Below, in pieces: positions 52,601 through 64,000 of a DNA stretch of 64,000 bases. A model generated the notes under the pieces. It searched no databases and was not told where the DNA came from. It saw only the letters and a list, made by a program, of their open reading frames with translations. Origin of the DNA: Bigelowiella natans CCMP2755 (Eukaryota > Protista > Cercozoa); contig ADNK01001434.1 in assembly GCA_000320545.1 (NCBI GenBank), positions 1-64,000 on the forward strand, written 5' to 3'. The translations under genes and the position numbers were made by a program. Each line of letters starts with the position of its first letter. Position 1 is the first letter of the stretch.

Positions 52601-53349
52601 CGCGAATTGGTGAGGGGGAAGGAGAGGGATATCTACGATCTAGTCTACGACGAGAGCCGTGAGCAAGCGCAGGAGGAAGCGAAGGAACTCGCAGAGGAGC
52701 GCCTCCTCCAGGACTGCACGTTCAAGCCCAACATCGAAGCGAGCAAATCGTCGAAGTGGCGCGCCCCCGTCAATCGCATCCGGTAGGAACAAGTCAATTT
52801 CTCTAAGAGTATAGTCACATTGTTGTTTACTGCCGGCTGATATCTTCCCTGTGTGCACTTGCTCTTCTATGAAACAGGCTCAATGGGGGGTCGGAGGACC
52901 TACTGAAGCAGATCGAGCGGAAGAAGGCAGCTCGGGAGGGGCGGTTGCAGAGAGTGAGGGCGGCCAAAGAGTATGAGGAGGCGAAAGAATGCACCTTCGA
53001 GCCGGAAACGACCAAGAAGCGCGTCAAGCAGCCAACTGGTCCTGTTCTAATTAGAGGAATGGCGCGCTTTATGCAGACCAAGCAGCTCGCAAAGCAGCTA
53101 GAAAAGGAAAAAAAGATGCGAGAGGACAAAGCCTTCAACGTCACAAAGCGTGCCTCCAGGAGCCGGAACAAACCATATACGATCCCCAAGCCGTTCAAGC
53201 TGTCGAAGAACATCGCACAGAAGAAAAAGAAGAGGAACCTAGAGAAAGCGCTGAGGGCGAAAGACTCCAAAACGTGTACTTTCCGACCCCAAACTCTGGA
53301 GCGAACTAATAGGCGGATTCTCAAACAGATACTTGACCATCCCTACTGA
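49685..53349 (+). CDS. Large charged coiled-coil protein with ~10 (E/D)xTFxPx(I/T) repeats; putative microtubule/cilia-associated
   Basis: ORFs 49813-52341, 52469-52786 and 52945-53349 joined by GT-AG introns. Repeats include LTFRPQIN, ECTFSPHIS, LRFAPKIN, LTFGPKLS, LNFKPEIN, DCTFKPNI, ECTFEPET, TIPKPFKLS and CTFRPQT. Confidence 0.75.
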
Positions 53350-54384
53350 ATGAGAGTGGCTGGGAATATAGGAAAGTAAATTGTAAAATAGCTAGAGTGT
53401 AGTCATAGTGTCGCAAAATCTTTTACACTCAATCGTAATGATGTAAGTTTGAGCGACGGTGCTACTGCTAATTTGCAACGCATTGATGCGATATTGCGAT
53501 TTTTGTGCGGTATTCGATTGCATGTGATACAACACAAACAAACAAAAACACATCAATATATCAAGTCACACGGCACACACACGGTGAGGCTTCACCTGCT
53601 AGCCTGCATTTATATGCGGTATCGCGTGAGATGTATGTGTGAGCATAGTCATGCAGCACACGTACACACATGTGTTGCTAAATGTTTCCAACAATTAATT
53701 AGATGGCCGCCAGATAATGTCTTGCCCTTGACTAGTTGACGTCGCAGCACAACGAGCTAGCTAGCAAGCATGGCGGCGATCTGTGCATTCTTGCATTGTC
53801 GATCATGCATGCATCGCACTATCCGAGCACACGGCATTAGTTAGACTTAGACAGCTAGATAGATTCATAGCATCGTGTCGCAATTCACGCGATATATGAT
53901 ATGATTGCAGCGCAACATATGCGCTGCATATGTCCCGGTGCATAGCTACTAGCTGCATTAGCTAGTTAGCATGACCATTGGAAAGATTTAATCACTTCAT
54001 TCTATGTATCCGTCTCATCTAGTCACATATATGTCCCGACGACTACATTAGGATGACTATTGAAAAAATGTAGCAGCCGTCTCATTACATCCGTCTCATA
54101 TGTCTTGCGGTAGCAAACACTCGTCCTGCTGCGGCAATTGATCGAAGTCCGTATCGTACGTACAGAATCGAAGCTATAGGCGATTCTAGAATTACGGCTT
54201 GGCTGACAGGCAAGCTATGGTAGGTTTGTGATGCAACGCCACATCGTATCGAAGCGTTCTGCGCTCACATAACAAGCATTGGTTGCATGGCCGTTCGTAC
54301 TACGTTGTCCAATTCCAAAGCATGCGATCCAACAACTATCGATGATAAATGCTCATTGCTGTCTTTAATTGTCATACGCATGAC

Positions 54385-61168
<6,784 letters not shown>

Positions 61169-61539
61169 GACTCTCCGGATTCCCCTCTACCCTGATTACA
61201 GCACAAGCCGTCAACTGCTGCTATTTGCTCATTTGAAACTGCACTGGGCATCAACTAAATATTAGCAATTTCTAGACGTGGAAAATGATAGATAGGTCGG
61301 GGGGCACCGGGGCGTCGCTGAAGTGTGCTCGATTAACGAACACCAAGGTTTGTTTTTCCATGCAAATGGTAGGTGATATTTCAACTGCGACACGGCGAAA
61401 ATCGAGATATTCTGGAAGATTATTATCTGCGACTCGGTTCATTCTTGCAGAAAATCACTGCGATTTTTGACCCTACGACAACACAAGATCCATCTTCTGA
61501 GAACGTTCACGACAAAATCTCGGAACGAAGAAAGAAACA

Positions 61540-62763
61540 ATGGGTGCTTCTTGCATTCAAAGGCAGCGGCAGCAGTTCAAGCAGCAGGAGGCGGCGAAGT
61601 TGCCACCCAAGCTCTCCGAAGAGCTGAACAGCATCATGGAGGGGGGTTTATGGAACCTGAAGGCATGTGCTCGTGGATGTGACCAGGATGTAAACCTTAT
61701 CGTTAACGACAACAAGATTATGGTTCTCAAGCGTGGATCGCGGAGACATCTGGCACATTCAATGTTAGCAGCTAAGCTTCTTGAGTCTTCGTCGGTACCA
61801 ATTCCCCATGTGGTCTGTGGAGATGCCAAAGGAAACTCCGGAATAGCTGGGTGGGGGTATTTGGTGGAGACAGCGGCGTGTGGAGAGGAGATGTGGCTAG
61901 TATACGGGGATCTTTCGGCTGAGACCAGAGAGGGAATATGGATGCATCTAGGCGAGCTGATGGCTACATTTCATAACATAAAGATGATAGGATATGGTGA
62001 TGTCGGATTTGATGGGAAGGGGGCGCATGAACGATACCCTGGGGTTCCATCAGAGGATCTTGATGGATTCCTCAAAGCAGAGGTCGTCTCTCTCGAGGAG
62101 ATGAAAGCATTAAAATCATATTTGCAGAGTGAGAAAGTCATCCGCATGAATCGTAATGTGGTGGAAAGTGTGATGATTCATGCCGACCTGGAGATGGATA
62201 ACCTCTTCGTCGACCGTAAAGCTGCAAAGATCTCCGCTATCATTGACTGGGCCGATCTTCAGTGTGGTCCGCGCTCGGAAGATTTCGCACGACTTTACTG
62301 CAGGCTCCATGAAGATCCCAAATGCTGGTATCAATTTATTTGTGCGCTGCTTAAAGTATATATCATTCAACCTTAGAAAGTTGTGGTATTATTTGTTTGC
62401 GTCTCGTGATGTCATCCTTTGTTTCTGTGAATCTCATAGGAAAGCACTGCTTGATGGATACTCAAAGCTAGCAACACCTCCATCGTAAGTAAATCCTCAT
62501 CTAAATTGTCTCTCTTCCAACTTCTGACTTCTGTACCTCAAGATTCTGAATATCTGTTTCAAACCATCACCACATCTATCAAATCACCGCTTAGGATCAA
62601 GGAAATTGAACTCAGAACAGTGGAGCTTCTCCTCTGGCTCCTTCCGGGCAAACGAGATGCGGCGAATAAAAATGAAGATAATGGTATTGGTACGAAGAAA
62701 CAGCTGGTTGAAGATTTTAGACGATGCAAACAGCTGTTACTCTCTATTGTTGCTCCAAGATGA
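61540..62763 (+). CDS. Aminoglycoside phosphotransferase/choline-kinase-like (APH) family protein
   Basis: VLKR, VPIPHV, LGELMATFH, the Brenner motif HADLEMDN, IIDWADL and GP..EDFA. Two short introns near the 3' end. Confidence 0.8.
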
Positions 62764-63306
62764 ATTCGCTGTATTCGAATTTTAACGTATAACACAATCG
62801 AGCTTCGAGCATTGACCGTGTAAATATATACGCATATGCGAACATGTCTACGAGTCCTAACATTCCATACAGGCCGAATGTATAGTTCCCGTGATTTGAC
62901 TTGCTGCCGAATAAGATATGCCACCCTCCAACCAGAGCGTAAGTAAGCTCGTCCACAGCTATTGATATTAGTTTGCTGCTAGCTGCAAGTCATGTTCTAA
63001 ATTGTAAAACAAGTACACTAGCCACTACATAGAAACAATGACATCGAGGCTACACTCCGTTACAACTAGATTTCGGCACAATAACGCGGACATCTGCGAG
63101 CATTTCAAGTGTACGTGTTTGGACACAGCAGTGCGCAGTGACAATCTGTACCTACACATAAGCATGAGCGATGCTCATGCCTATCACTATGCCAGAGCCC
63201 GTCATGATGGGAGAACATGCTCATGAGTGTTGTGTGATAGTGTATCGCAAACACATGTATGGCGGCAAAGCTGATATCTGGATAGCGTTCTGCGATCTTA
63301 AAAGTT

Positions 63307-64000
63307 TTACATTTTACCAGTCTTGCTCGGCCTTTCATTCATTTCCTCACCTCTTTCCTCTAAAGATATCTCGGCCCACACATCAAACACCGGCAGCGGG
63401 TCGGTGTATCCGTTTGCCTCTTCCATGCGCTTTCCACTTCCGTCTCTGCTGCCGCTGTCACCAGTAGATACCCTCTCGCGATTGCAGCAGCTGTCGCTGC
63501 TAGCAGCGTCTGTACCTGTCCTAGTTCGGGTAGAAGAAGAATTCATATTAAGACTGTGCTGTGATCCACCACCTCCCCCTTGTTCCTCGGCACTAACTGT
63601 CTGCGGCTGCTGCTGGGGTTCTCGCTGCGGTGATGGGTCGTTGTCGTCAAGCATGAGAGACATAGCGGCCTCCGGATCGAGTTTGCGCGTTAGGAGGTGC
63701 TCCCAGGGCGGGTTGCGCTCCTCCAAGTAGCGGCCGAAGACGTACTGGAGACCCTCCTTGTCGACGAAGCTCGACGCGCATGATCTAGAAGGATATATGG
63801 GTGGTTGGTGACATCGCAAGCAAGCGCTTATCGACAAGTAGTTCGGAGACAAAAGAGGGACTAAGAGAGGGAAGAGAAGAGAAAGAATGTCTCATCCCCA
63901 CTTCAAACTCGCCATCCCTCTTCCTCTTCCACAGGATTTGGGAGGAGGATGGAAGGAGAATCACAGACACAAAAGCTGCACCTGTCAATATACATGTCGT
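63307..64000 (-). CDS. 3' part of an unknown gene running off the window
   Basis: ORF 63307-63852 is protein-like (SFVDKEGLQYVFGRYLEERNPPWEHLL) with a low-complexity tail and an upstream intron. Confidence 0.5.

Overview
Intron-rich eukaryotic nuclear DNA, most consistent with a chlorarachniophyte-type alga with a secondary plastid. Two genes carry bipartite signal+transit presequences, and one of them adds a twin-Arg thylakoid signal. About 15 genes can be reconstructed by eye: a small secreted ankyrin protein, TIP41/TIPRL, an M28 aminopeptidase, a 7TM gustatory-receptor-like protein, a large RGS-domain protein, PsbP-domain protein PPD6, a plastid CS-domain protein, ribonucleotide reductase large subunit (~38 exons, microsatellite-filled introns), a large ankyrin/coiled-coil protein, a DEK-HMG fusion, SSRP1 with three HMG boxes, an F-x-P repeat protein, a GH47 mannosidase, an APH-like kinase and two partial genes. 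The most unusual signal is non-coding. Intergenic islands downstream of gene 3' ends (7.7-8.8, 11.0-11.5 and 23.1-24.4 kb, weaker at other convergent spacers) have lost almost all TpA except in CTAG/CTA/TAG context, are rich in TpG/CpA and keep CpG. This suggests a targeted T:A->C:G hypermutation ('reverse-RIP') process. Exon boundaries and dinucleotide counts were done by hand and are approximate.
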